Source of the DNA: an uncultured bacterium
GTDB lineage: Bacteria > Verrucomicrobiota > Verrucomicrobiia > Limisphaerales > UBA8199
Length of the DNA: 64,000 nucleotides
Direction: 5' to 3'
Assembly (NCBI GenBank): GCA_963749495.1
Contig: CAVVMW010000015.1
Coordinates: 224,001 to 288,000 of the forward strand
This document shows, piece by piece, positions 20,226-29,829 of the stretch; within the stretch, counting starts at the first letter, position 1, and each line of letters begins with the position of its first letter. Position numbers and translations under genes: made by a program. The notes beneath the pieces were generated by a model, which made no database searches, had not been told where the DNA came from, and was given only the letters and a program-made list of their open reading frames with translations.

Positions 20226-22904
20226 ATGACGACTACCAACATCGTCTCCACGTTCAAGGCGGCGCTGACGTCCGTGGGCTACGACGAGAGGCGCATCCGC
20301 CGGAACTACGACTTCTGCGATTTGATCAATTCCACCGCCCGGGTGCGCCGTATCCCCCTGGCCGCGTTTGCAGGCTACCCGCAAAGCTATCGCAATGCGC
20401 GAGTTGGCGTCATCATTGCGGAGGAAGCCGCAGAGGCCGCTGCGAGTGAATACCGGGCGCTTGGCGCGCCCTTGCTGCTCACGGTCCAGAACGGTAGCGT
20501 CCAACCCTGGGCAGCGAGCCTGGACGGCGCAACCCCGGTGGGAGAACCCTTCCGCCTGCGGGACACACAGCGCGTCTTCCATGAGAACCGCGGGTCATGG
20601 GGGCCAAATGCGCTCGGTCGTGTGCGGACCCCGGCCGAGGTCTCTGCGCGGAGCCAACCTGATCTCTTTGATACCGGCCTGGTGATTGCGCTGAAGCGGC
20701 GATTTCAGGTCCGGCTCAAGGAACTGCTCGAACACAGTTTCAAGGAAATCGAAGCCGCCTACAAGGCCGTGCATGGCCATCCCCCGGCGGTGCCGCCGCT
20801 GTTTGCCTTCCTATTCCGCTTTGTCACGGCGAAGATCTTCATGGATCGGGCGGACGCCACGGGTTGGGAGGACCTGAACGATCCCCTTGAGATTCTCAAA
20901 GCCGCGGAAAAGCAAACCGGGCTGCTCGAGAGACCCGAATCCGACTTCCGCCGTAAATCCATCCTGAGCGCGGCCTGGGGCAGCGTCTGGCGCAACCTGC
21001 ATTTTCAGAACCTCTCGGTGCCGGATCTAGCCTTCGTGGCCGAGAGCGCTTTCATCACGGACCGCACACGGGACGAATTGGGCATCCACAGCACTCCAGA
21101 GGGCCTGGCGGACTACATCGTGAACCATCTGCCGTGGGAGACGGTGCCTCCGGCTGAGCGCGTGGTGTGGGAGCCGTTCTGCGGCCATGGCATCTTCCTG
21201 GCGAAAGCCATGGAGCGGCTGGCCCAGGATCTTGACCCCGCCCTTGGCCCAGAACAGCGCCACAACTACTTCCGTCAGCATCTCATCGGCGTCGAGACGG
21301 ACCCCCTTTCATTGGAGATCTGCCGAGTCGTGCTCACACTCTCGGACTACCCGAATCAGAACAGTTGGGAGCTGCACCACGCCGACGTATCCCTTTGGGA
21401 CGCATGGCAGGAAACCCTGCGATCGACCGCGGCTGTCCTCGCAAACCCACCATACGAGGCCTTCAGCAGACAATATCGGCGCACCATACGCGCAACAAAG
21501 ACCAAGCCGCCGGCCGAGCTCTTGCACAGGCTGTTGCTGCAGCCGCCCCGATTGCTCGGCCTGGTTTTGCCGCAGAGTTTCCTGAGCGACCCAATCTACA
21601 GGAATGCCAACCGAGAACTGGCCCGGCGATACGATTCAATCCAAATCGTGGAATTGCCGCGCATCTTCCGCTATGCGGACAATGAAACCGTGGCGGTGTT
21701 GGCCAGCGGCGTCCGAACCCAAGGCCTTAAGGCGCGCGTCAGCTACGCCGAGGTACAGAAGGAGGGCGTCAACCGGTTCCTGGAGGATTGGCGCGTCAGC
21801 CAGCCGCGCAGCGCTGAACTGGCGGTGGCGCCCGCCAAACCTGGGCCGCGGTTCACGCTGCGGCTGCCGCCGACGGATTCGATCCTCGAAAAGGTCGAGC
21901 GCGGGTTAATCTTGAGCGAGGTTGCGGAAATCCACCAGGGAATCCACTGGATCGCCCGCACCGATGGAAAGCCTCAGTCAGCCGCGCGCACGGATGTGGC
22001 GTCGAACAAGGCGAAGAAGGGCTTTCGTAGGGGTGCTGAGAAGATGAACGGGAACCTGACCCAGTTCCAGTTGCGTACCCTTCGCTACCTGTCGCTGTTG
22101 GAGGAAGACCAAGATCCCAGCACACGTGCGAACAAAAGGCCTTGGGATCAGCGCAAGGTGGTCTGCAACGCAGCGCGCTTTCAGCCAGGGTCACCCTGGC
22201 GGTTGGCCACGTGGGCTGATACTGAGGGGTTGGCCTTCACCAAGCAGTTCTTCGCGATGTGGCCACGCGAAGGCGTATCCGAGTTCGCCATCGCCGCAAT
22301 CCTCGCCTCGCCTGTCGCGAATGCGTTCAGCTTCGAGCGTGATCTGGATCGGCACAACCATATCGAGACATTGCGCGAACTTCCGCTTCCCAGTCTCGAT
22401 CACTTAAAGCCCGAGGGAGAGCTCCACAAGCTCGCTGCAGCATTGCAGGCAATGCTCGCCGTACCAGACTTCACCCAACCGCCCACCACGGAAGCAGTGG
22501 TAGAGGCGGCGTTGCGCCTCGACGCGGCTGTCCTATCAGCCTACAACCTCGCCGCGCCGGTTCAGTATAAATTACTGAAGATGTTCAACGGCTGGCCCCG
22601 TCCCCTGGCTCCTCCGCATGACCGTACGTTCGACCGCTACTTTCCCGACCACTTCCAGGAGCACATCACCGTTGCCGATCTTCTGGCCATCACCTTCGAC
22701 TGGGAGCGCACATCGCAACGGAAAACCGAATTAATCGAGAAGAAAATCCGCCACGCGGCCAATCAGGAGGACCTAGCCGAATTGCAGCGCCTCAAGTTTC
22801 TTACGGAAGCGCGGGGCGAGTACTTCGCCCCGCTGCCATTGCGGCAAGTTGCCGCTTTGCATAGCAAGATCGAGTCGGACGGCAAGTGGGAGACCGAGCC
22901 GTGA
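20226..22904 (+). CDS. N-6 adenine DNA methyltransferase with target-recognition region (type IIG/HsdM-like architecture)
   Basis: GIHSTPEGLADYIV, motif I VWEPFCGHGIFL, motif IV ANPPY, VLPQSFL, TRD-like LSEVAEIHQGI...ILASPVAN...LRELPLP. Confidence 0.85.
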   Translation: MTTTNIVSTFKAALTSVGYDERRIRRNYDFCDLINSTARVRRIPLAAFAGYPQSYRNARVGVIIAEEAAEAAASEYRALGAPLLLTVQNGSVQPWAASLDGATPVGEPFRLRDTQRVFHENRGSWGPNALGRVRTPAEVSARSQPDLFDTGLVIALKRRFQVRLKELLEHSFKEIEAAYKAVHGHPPAVPPLFAFLFRFVTAKIFMDRADATGWEDLNDPLEILKAAEKQTGLLERPESDFRRKSILSAAWGSVWRNLHFQNLSVPDLAFVAESAFITDRTRDELGIHSTPEGLADYIVNHLPWETVPPAERVVWEPFCGHGIFLAKAMERLAQDLDPALGPEQRHNYFRQHLIGVETDPLSLEICRVVLTLSDYPNQNSWELHHADVSLWDAWQETLRSTAAVLANPPYEAFSRQYRRTIRATKTKPPAELLHRLLLQPPRLLGLVLPQSFLSDPIYRNANRELARRYDSIQIVELPRIFRYADNETVAVLASGVRTQGLKARVSYAEVQKEGVNRFLEDWRVSQPRSAELAVAPAKPGPRFTLRLPPTDSILEKVERGLILSEVAEIHQGIHWIARTDGKPQSAARTDVASNKAKKGFRRGAEKMNGNLTQFQLRTLRYLSLLEEDQDPSTRANKRPWDQRKVVCNAARFQPGSPWRLATWADTEGLAFTKQFFAMWPREGVSEFAIAAILASPVANAFSFERDLDRHNHIETLRELPLPSLDHLKPEGELHKLAAALQAMLAVPDFTQPPTTEAVVEAALRLDAAVLSAYNLAAPVQYKLLKMFNGWPRPLAPPHDRTFDRYFPDHFQEHITVADLLAITFDWERTSQRKTELIEKKIRHAANQEDLAELQRLKFLTEARGEYFAPLPLRQVAALHSKIESDGKWETEP

Positions 22905-23518
22905 GATACGCTTCGCCTTTCCGTTATCCAGCCACCCCACTTGTCCGCAAACACGGCCCCCGAGGCTATTCGAGTTATGCCGACTTCCGACCATGGTTGC
23001 GCGACGGATTCGACTTCCGGTGCGTTTATTGCCTGAAGCGCGAGCAGTGGTGCCTCCAGTTGAACGACTTTGAGCTCGACCACCAAGTCGCCCAGAGCGT
23101 CGCAAGCAACCTGTGTCGCGATTACATGAACCTGGTTTACGCTTGTCACAACTGCAATCACCGCAAGGGAAACAAGTGGCTCCCATCACCCGACAAAGTG
23201 GCCTACGGGGCCTGCATTGAGGTCTTGACCAGTGGCAGGAGAATTGGGGAAATCGTAGCGCACAATGATGACGGCGTGCGCCTTATCGACGAGTTGGCGC
23301 TGGACGGAGACAAAATCACCGCGATGCGCCACCAAATCATCTGCTCCATCCGTTCCCACCAGAAGCACGACTGGAAATTGTTCCTCATGTGGATGGGACT
23401 TCCTAAAGACCTTGCTGATCTTGCGGCTGTCGAGCCTCAGCCCAAACACAATATCCGACCTGATGGCATCGATCAATCGTGGCTCCGGCGCAGACCTTTG
23501 CCCGAGTACTATGAGTGA
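22901..23518 (+). CDS. HNH endonuclease
   Basis: FDFRCVYC...ELDHQVAQS...YMNLVYACHNCNHRKG. GTG start overlaps the MTase stop. Confidence 0.85.
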   Translation: MRYASPFRYPATPLVRKHGPRGYSSYADFRPWLRDGFDFRCVYCLKREQWCLQLNDFELDHQVAQSVASNLCRDYMNLVYACHNCNHRKGNKWLPSPDKVAYGACIEVLTSGRRIGEIVAHNDDGVRLIDELALDGDKITAMRHQIICSIRSHQKHDWKLFLMWMGLPKDLADLAAVEPQPKHNIRPDGIDQSWLRRRPLPEYYE

Positions 23519-23587
23519 TCCCTGTCGGCTTTTTCCTGTCCGTCCACACGCGAACTGCCGCGCCAGCCGAGCCGCGTAAACCAAAGA

Positions 23588-23878
23588 TCACCGGGCCCGC
23601 CAGGAAGCGGGTGATGCGGGCTTGAATATCGTTGTTGAATTCGGCGAGGCAAGCGGGGCTGTAGAGTTGGAGTTTGCTGGCCGTCTCGCGGAGGCCGGAG
23701 GCGGCCTCGGCCGCCGCAACAGCCTGGCCGACGTTGACCGGCGGATGGTGCCAGTCCAGCACCGGAGCGACCACCAGCACCGGCCGCGGGGCAATGGCAG
23801 CCAGGATTTCGGGGAAATCGACCGGGACTTCCAGCAAATCTGAAAGTTGCACGCCCAAAGCCGGGGTCAGCAGTTTTC
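23588..23878 (-). pseudogene. C-terminal fragment of an alpha/beta-hydrolase-like protein
   Basis: VPVDFPEILAAIAPRPVLVVAPVLD motif with no N-terminal part. Confidence 0.5.
23811..23878. repeat. 68-bp direct repeat, copy 2
   Basis: Matches 19827-19894 with 2 mismatches. Confidence 0.9.
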
Positions 23879-23880
23879 AT

Positions 23881-24189
23881 TGGGGGACCGGCAGCGGCAT
23901 GGCCGGGATCGAGATCGAGTAGGATTATCTGCGCGATGGAATCATCAACGTAGCCGCCGGCCGAGGCGTCGGAGTCAACGGGCTGAACCTGGGCGAATGC
24001 AGCATCAACGAGCGGCGCATCCAGTTGCGCCTTTGGAGTCCCTTCAAGTGGAGCCGCCCACCCGTCATTGTCTTCCGCCGGACCGAGCCCTCGCGCCGCT
24101 ACCGGCTCATTGTGAACGGGCCGTAAGCGGGCTCCTGGCAGGGCGAAGACATGGAGAAGGGAACTTCTGTTCGGAGCACAGCGAGATGA
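23881..24189 (+). pseudogene. Decayed C-terminal gene fragment with two in-frame stops
   Basis: WGTGSGMAGIEIE*DYLRDGIINVAAGRGVGVNGL...RYRLIVNGP*AGSWQGEDMEKG reads as one protein-like frame broken by TAG and TAA. Confidence 0.45.
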
Positions 24190-24250
24190 GACATCAACGA
24201 AATAGGCACGCGAGCAATTCCCCTCATTCTGAGCAGGGGGCTGCCACTAG

Positions 24251-24350
24251 CAGCCTTTTGAAGAATCGCTGACGCTCAACAACCTGTTGTGGCGAGTCTG
24301 GACTAGTACCCCAATATGTTGCGTCAATACCTCAATGTATCAACAGCCTG
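24251..24350. mobile_element. MITE-like element (100 bp) flanked by CTAG
   Basis: CTAG-CAGCCTTTTGA...TCAACAGCCTG-CTAG; 9/11 inverted match. Confidence 0.55.
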
Positions 24351-24862
24351 CTAGGGCGCAGCGTTGACCGATATCTGAGGCTCTGTGCAGGGGGCTGAGA
24401 CCAGCGAGCCGACATCGGCGGTCTGGAGCCTAGTTCGAGCGCACGGAGGGTGGGCTCTTGCTGGTTTGGCCTGCCGCGTTGCCGTGCCCATTCCGTTTTC
24501 TGCCCTCCCTAATTAAGCGCCCGCCCCATTTCGCCTCCGGCATTCTGCACTCCCAGCCGGGAAAGGCGGTGGCATAAACAGGCAAACTTGCCCGCAAAAC
24601 TTACCGATTGACATCACGGCAGCCCTTTGGCAGCATGGAGCTTGGACGAGGGAGATCAAAAGGCAGGTCTCCCTCGCCTGCGAGGCCTCAATGAATCGGC
24701 GGGGCGCAAAAGGCAAATGCTTGAGCTAAACTATGCGGGCAGCGCGACTGAAGCGCTTTTCGACGCATTTGGAAGTGCGGATTCCGAGTGATCGGCAAGT
24801 TGGCCAACAGGAAGCCCCCAGAGCGTGCGACATGACTACGAACACAATGTCGGAGTGGAAAC

Positions 24863-25795
24863 ATGAATATCGTATCAGTCATTAACTATAAAGGTGGAGT
24901 CGGAAAGACTAGCCTCACAGCCAATCTGGCCGGGGAGTTGGCATTTCGTGGGAAGAAAGTACTTCTTTTGGACTTGGACGCTCAGGCGAGTTTGACCTTT
25001 TCGATGATTTCGCCCGACGAATGGTCCAAGGAGTACTCCTCAAGCAAGACGATAAAGAGCTGGTTCGACTCGCTTGACCAGGGTAAACCGATATCTCTGA
25101 GCAGCATCGTGCAAGTCCCAACGCGCATAAACGGTCGCCTCGGCCAGGGGGCTGGAAGGGTCAACGCGATCTACTCCCACCTTGGGCTCATCAACGTGGA
25201 TTTGGAATTGGCCACGAACCTAGGTGGGGCAACGCTCGCCCAGGCAAAAAAGAACTTCACGAGCATTCATAGGCGATTGGCAGATGGGCTGTCTGAATTT
25301 TCTGCCGACGCATATGATATTGTGCTAATTGATTGCCCGCCAAATTTCAACATCGTCACGAAAACTGCGATCATAGCCAGCAATTTTTTATTGGTTCCTG
25401 CTAGGCCGGACTATCTCTCGACCTTGGGCATCGAGTACTTGATTCGGAGCGTGAGGGCACTGGTCAAAGACTACAACGATTTTGCAGAGCTCGAACAGGG
25501 CGAGAAGGTAGAGCCAATAGCACCCAAGCTGCTGGGCGTTGTCTTCACAATGATCCAAGAATACGGAGGGGGGCCAATGGCAGCCCAAAGGGCGTTCATG
25601 AGCCAACACCAGACGGCAGGTCTTACGGTATTCGGCGCCTACATAAAACGAAACGATACGTTATTCGCGGATGCTCCCCAATATGGGGTTCCGGTGGTGC
25701 TCAACAGATATGCCTCAGGGAGCCATCAGAGTGTTGTCGAGGGGTTGGAGGACGTTGCCACAGAATTCGGCCGACATATGAAGTGGTGGGCGTGA
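24863..25795 (+). CDS. ParA/Soj-family ATPase (orphan, no parB)
   Basis: NYKGGVGKT deviant Walker A, DLDAQASLT, LIDCPPNF, PDYLS. Lower GC. Confidence 0.9.
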   Translation: MNIVSVINYKGGVGKTSLTANLAGELAFRGKKVLLLDLDAQASLTFSMISPDEWSKEYSSSKTIKSWFDSLDQGKPISLSSIVQVPTRINGRLGQGAGRVNAIYSHLGLINVDLELATNLGGATLAQAKKNFTSIHRRLADGLSEFSADAYDIVLIDCPPNFNIVTKTAIIASNFLLVPARPDYLSTLGIEYLIRSVRALVKDYNDFAELEQGEKVEPIAPKLLGVVFTMIQEYGGGPMAAQRAFMSQHQTAGLTVFGAYIKRNDTLFADAPQYGVPVVLNRYASGSHQSVVEGLEDVATEFGRHMKWWA

Positions 25796-25805
25796 AGAAC
25801 TTTTT

Positions 25806-26207
25806 ATGAGTATGAGCAAAGGGAGCGAGCTAGCATCCATCCTTCGTCGTCTGGCGGACTATGTTGACAGCCGCTCCGACGAGGACCTCGCCCCATTATT
25901 CGCCCGGGCAGCGATTTTCGTGCACCAAGCTGGTTTTCGCAAGAAACCCCCTGGACCTAGAGAAAAAGCAAACTCGCAGGACCTAAGAGAGATTGCTGGG
26001 GAGCTCTGGGTGCTGCCGTCGCGGGAAGCTGGGGAAGCCTTGTTGCGAGAGAGGGCCACAAACCGAGGCGCGTTGGAGGCATTGGCTCGGTTCCTGCAAC
26101 TTCCCGTTCAGCGAGACGACACGACAGAGCGGCTTCGGGCAAAGATCGTCGAGAACACGATAGGGTCTCGACTTCGTTCGGATGCGATCCAGGGGCGGGA
26201 TACCTAG
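25806..26207 (+). CDS. Hypothetical helical protein downstream of ParA
   Basis: Starts 10 nt after the ParA stop. C-terminal LEALARFLQLPV...LRAKIVENTIGSRLRSDAI. Confidence 0.7.
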   Translation: MSMSKGSELASILRRLADYVDSRSDEDLAPLFARAAIFVHQAGFRKKPPGPREKANSQDLREIAGELWVLPSREAGEALLRERATNRGALEALARFLQLPVQRDDTTERLRAKIVENTIGSRLRSDAIQGRDT

Positions 26208-26447
26208 CGGAAGGCCCGCCAACGAGAAGCGTTTCACAGATTGGTACGTCGTTGATTGCGCAAGGGCAGCCCGCGACGCTCTTGGCATGAAGGCCACGAT
26301 ATATAATCGGGGCCGGTTGGCAATCCCGCCAAGGGCTGGCAAGCGGGTCAACGCCCGGTTGCTGCACCGCAAGGGCACGCATCCGGTTCTGGTTGGAACT
26401 CGGCAACCGACTGATCAGGAACTCAAGCCCGCCTTGGCCGAGTTCCC

Positions 26448-27386
26448 GTGAAATTGCGTTATCCCTCCCGCGTGACGCGGAAAGAAAACACTGTGGAATC
26501 GGCCCTGCTTAGCCGCCGCGACTTCTTACGCGCGAGCGCCCGGGTTGCCGCCTTTTCACTGGTGCCCTTGGTTTCCTCCTGCGCCAGCACGGGGCCCGCC
26601 AGGAGAACCGCGTGGCGCCCGCGTCTGGCGCTCTCCTCCGTCATGTTTTCCGATCTTCCGCTGCCGGACTTCTGCGGACAAGCCGCGGCGCTCGGATTCA
26701 ACGGCATCGATCTTTGGGGCCCATTCGGCAAGTGTCGGCACCTGGTGGAGGCGCAGCAGCTTGGGGCGGATGGGTTTCGGCAGCTTCTTGCGCGTCACAA
26801 GCTCCAGGTCGGTTGCTACACGACGTATCGCACTGCCGGCCATGCGGAGGGGTTCCCTGCCTACGCCAAGTTCATTGGCCAGTGCGGCGGAGGGGTGGTG
26901 GTGCGCGAATCGGAGTACGGCAAGTTCCCCGCGGAGGGACTCGCGGAAGGGATGCGCAAGTTTTTTGCGAACCTCCAGCCCGAGACTGACCTGGCCCACA
27001 AGCAGCGTGTTCGGCTGGCGGTAGAGAACCACGGAGACGCCTTGCTCAGCACGCTGGATTCCATGCGCCTCTTCCGGACACTGAACCCCGCGCCCGATGC
27101 GGTCGGCATCGCCTTGGCCGGCTACCACTTGCAAGGCGCCGGCATTTCCGTGGAGGAGGCCGTGCGCGTGTGCGGGGACCAGTTGTTGTTATTTTATGCC
27201 TGGCAGAAGGGGAACGGTTTCGACCAGTTGCCCGGCCACGGTCCCACGGATTTCACACCCTGGCTGCAGGCCCTGGCCGCGATTGGTTATCACGGCTGGA
27301 TGACCCCTTTCATGCATGGCGAGGAACCCGGCGAGAAAATGGCCCAGGCGGTCGCGAAGGCTCGCGCTTACCTCGATCACCTGTGA
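26448..27386 (+). CDS. Tat-exported sugar phosphate isomerase/epimerase (xylose isomerase-like TIM barrel)
   Basis: SRRDFL Tat motif, GFNGIDLW, RLAVENHG, LPGHGPTDF. Exact start uncertain. Confidence 0.85.
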   Translation: MKLRYPSRVTRKENTVESALLSRRDFLRASARVAAFSLVPLVSSCASTGPARRTAWRPRLALSSVMFSDLPLPDFCGQAAALGFNGIDLWGPFGKCRHLVEAQQLGADGFRQLLARHKLQVGCYTTYRTAGHAEGFPAYAKFIGQCGGGVVVRESEYGKFPAEGLAEGMRKFFANLQPETDLAHKQRVRLAVENHGDALLSTLDSMRLFRTLNPAPDAVGIALAGYHLQGAGISVEEAVRVCGDQLLLFYAWQKGNGFDQLPGHGPTDFTPWLQALAAIGYHGWMTPFMHGEEPGEKMAQAVAKARAYLDHL

Positions 27387-27401
27387 AGGTCTCGCTGTCC
27401 C

Positions 27402-27668
27402 TTGATGGCCATGGCGGCGGCTCGGGTGGGCCAACCACAGATTGCCGTCGAGGCCTTGCTCAAGGACGCGGGCGCCAAGAACCGCTACGAGGAGCGTGGC
27501 GTGAACACCGGCGGCCCCTGCCCCTACCTCCCCGGCAACGGCGGTCTGCTTTACGCGGCGGCCATGATGGCCGCAGGCCGGGATGGCGCGCCGGCAAGAC
27601 CGGCCCCCGGCTTTCCCGACGACGGGAGCTGAGTGGTCAAATCGGAGGGCTTGAGCAAAGCGCCGTGA
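27402..27668 (+). pseudogene. C-terminal fragment of a six-hairpin glycoside hydrolase-like gene
   Basis: MAAARVG..PYLPGNGGLLYAAAMMAAG..PGFPDDGS*VVKSEGL; TGA sits where Trp is expected and the N-terminus is absent. Confidence 0.6.
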
Positions 27669-28036
27669 TGCGCCGTAGATGGGTGCATCCACGGTGCGCT
27701 TGCCACGGCCGGCAGGGTTCGTGTTGAATCGGCCTATGCGATACCGGCCTCTTGGGAAACTGCCGTCTTACGGATTCAAAGGCATCAGCCCATTGCTGGG
27801 CCACGGTCCCGAGAACGAGTCTGCCGCCCAGCGCAAGACCTTTCGCCACTTCCGCGATTACGGCCTGGTGATCTATGAGATTCAAAGTCCACGAATTGAG
27901 GCAGATAGCCGCGGCGCTTCCACCCCACGGTTCAAGAAGCGCAGCATCGTTGTCCGCCATGCTCCACCGCAGACAACCGTATTTTTGCCGGTTGGTTGAC
28001 GAGGTGGGCTTGGATCCGCGTTGCGCGGAAGCCCAT

Positions 28037-28801
28037 TCATTTTGCACGAGGTTCTGTGCCCTTGGGTTCGGCTCTTTGGGCCTGCCCTGTCATCGGCACA
28101 AAGCGAACCGGCAGGACCGCCCGCCGTTCGAGCTTGTCGCCGTTCTTGCGTAAGAGCACCAACTCCTGGCTCCAGGTCGGCCCGACCGGAATAATCATCC
28201 GGCCACCATCTCTGAGCTGCTCGATTAAGGGTTGGGGCACTTTCTCCGGGGCGCACGTGACTATGACCGCATCAAAGGGCGCAGCCTCGGGCCAGCCTTT
28301 GTAGCCGTCACCCGCACGCACCTGCACATTGGTGTAACCCAGGCGCTTGAGGTCGCCGGCCGCCCGCCTGGCCAGGTCGTCAATGATCTCGACCGTATAG
28401 ACCTGTGCCACCAGTTCGGCCAGGACGGCCGCCTGGTAGCCGGAGCCGGTGCCGATTTCCAGAACGCGATCGGTCGGCTTGGGCTCAAGTTGCTCGGTCA
28501 TGAAGGCGACGATGTAGGGTTGGGAGATGGTCTGGCCGTTGCCGATGGGCAGTGGGCAATCCTGGTAGGCGAGGGAGCGCAAGGCCTCGGGCACAAACTC
28601 ATGACGCGGCACTTTGCCCATCGCCATCAGCACCCTGGCGTTCGTGATATTGCGCCCGGGGCCAGAGAGCTGTTCTGCCACCATGTGTTGGCGGGCGAGG
28701 GCAAAGGGTTCGTCTGCCGCGGCCGCCAACCGGGGTGAGGCAATGGCGCCCAGGGTCAGAGCCGTGGCCCACAGGACCCGTAGCAAGGTCGTTTTCCTCA
28801 T
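28037..28801 (-). CDS. pcm: Protein-L-isoaspartate O-methyltransferase with signal-peptide-like N-terminus
   Basis: VPRHEFVP, GQTISQPYIVA, VLEIGTGSGYQAA, APFDAVIVT, VRFVPM. Confidence 0.92.
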   Translation of the reverse strand: MRKTTLLRVLWATALTLGAIASPRLAAAADEPFALARQHMVAEQLSGPGRNITNARVLMAMGKVPRHEFVPEALRSLAYQDCPLPIGNGQTISQPYIVAFMTEQLEPKPTDRVLEIGTGSGYQAAVLAELVAQVYTVEIIDDLARRAAGDLKRLGYTNVQVRAGDGYKGWPEAAPFDAVIVTCAPEKVPQPLIEQLRDGGRMIIPVGPTWSQELVLLRKNGDKLERRAVLPVRFVPMTGQAQRAEPKGTEPRAK

Positions 28802-29059
28802 AGTTCAGAGCGGTCGGTGCGCGTCCAACCGCCACAACCCGGCCGCGGATGCGTGCCCCACAGCCTCCCGGAACTCGGGGCGGGAGATGCACCGGTTGAT
28901 CCCTGAAAACTGCGCCTCCGTTGCGGCTTTGTGCGCGGGGTGGTACTGGTCCATAAGGTTCACTTTCCTTGGCATGATAACACCCCACGCAAGCCCTGAC
29001 ACGGCCATGAGCTCAGTTTGCAGAGGAGAAGGCCTAACAGCCGATCGCAGAATTACGGA

Positions 29060-29140
29060 TTAGCCGCAAAGAACGCAGAGATCGCAAAGAATTGCCTTAT
29101 CCTGTTAGGTCTTTGCGTTCTTTGTGTTCTCTGCGGTTAA
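29060..29140. repeat. Inverted 9-mer-type repeat pair
   Basis: CCGCAAAGAACGCAGAGATCGCAAAGA ... TCTTTGCGTTCTTTGTGTTCTCTGCGG. Confidence 0.65.
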
Positions 29141-29214
29141 TCTTGCAACCAGCTCTCAATCTTGATGTAAACCACTCAATGAAGGAGGGCGAATTTTGTG
29201 TAACTCGCCCTCCG

Positions 29215-29415
29215 GGTCATATTCTGGGATAAACAGTTTCCATTCCGGGATTTGGTGCGGATTGCGAATGAGTGCCGAGGCCGGCAGTTCCTTCGGTGCA
29301 TGCGGAACGGACAGCAGTTTCAGACCTGCTTCGTGCGGCAGGCGGTCGCCCTTCCGCTGGTTTACTTCTTTGGCCGACCAAACCAGGTTTTCCCAGGCGT
29401 CCCTGCCGCGACAGG
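29215..29415 (-). pseudogene. C-terminal fragment of an HNH (McrA-like) endonuclease
   Basis: Minus frame not in the ORF track: WENLVWSAKEVNQRKGDRLPHEAGLKLLSVPHAPKELP. Confidence 0.6.
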
Positions 29416-29620
29416 GCTCCCGGCGCAGACCGGGAAGAGAACCAGCAGAATGGCAAATCGGTTAATCACGTTCATGCAGGAATCGTTCTCATGCGGCGAT
29501 TATGCTAATCCCAATGGGGGAGCGACAGAGTTTTCGCGCTGGCCTTCTGTTGGTCCATCGCGGCGCGTCACGAAGATCAAATGGTGGAAACCCGCGAATT
29601 GGGTGCTCTTTTCGAGCTTC

Positions 29621-29829
29621 ATTCCGAGCCTCAGGGCCACTCCCCGGGAGGGCGTTTTGTTCCGCCCCGCCTATACCTCGGTCCCCTCCTGTCTGCCTGC
29701 CCGAGCGGCACTGCTCACCGGCACGAGCCCCTGGGGCCATGGCTGCCTGGGATACACCCCGATCCCGGAACGCTATGCCCAGGAGATGCCGCGCCTGTTC
29801 ACCGATGCCGGTTATCGGACCCACGCGAC
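29621..29829 (+). pseudogene. Arylsulfatase N-terminal fragment
   Basis: REGVLF..AYTSVPSCLPARAALLTG (CxPxR) ...AGYRTHA, truncated on both sides. Confidence 0.7.

Noticed and set aside
26287..26451. MKATIYNRGRLAIP as an AbrB/MazE-like antitoxin start
   Set aside because: Similarity is limited to about 14 residues and no toxin partner follows.
27630..27632. TGA read-through or alternative genetic code (TGA at an expected Trp)
   Set aside because: The fragment lacks its N-terminus and has other decay; intact genes in the window use TGA as stop.
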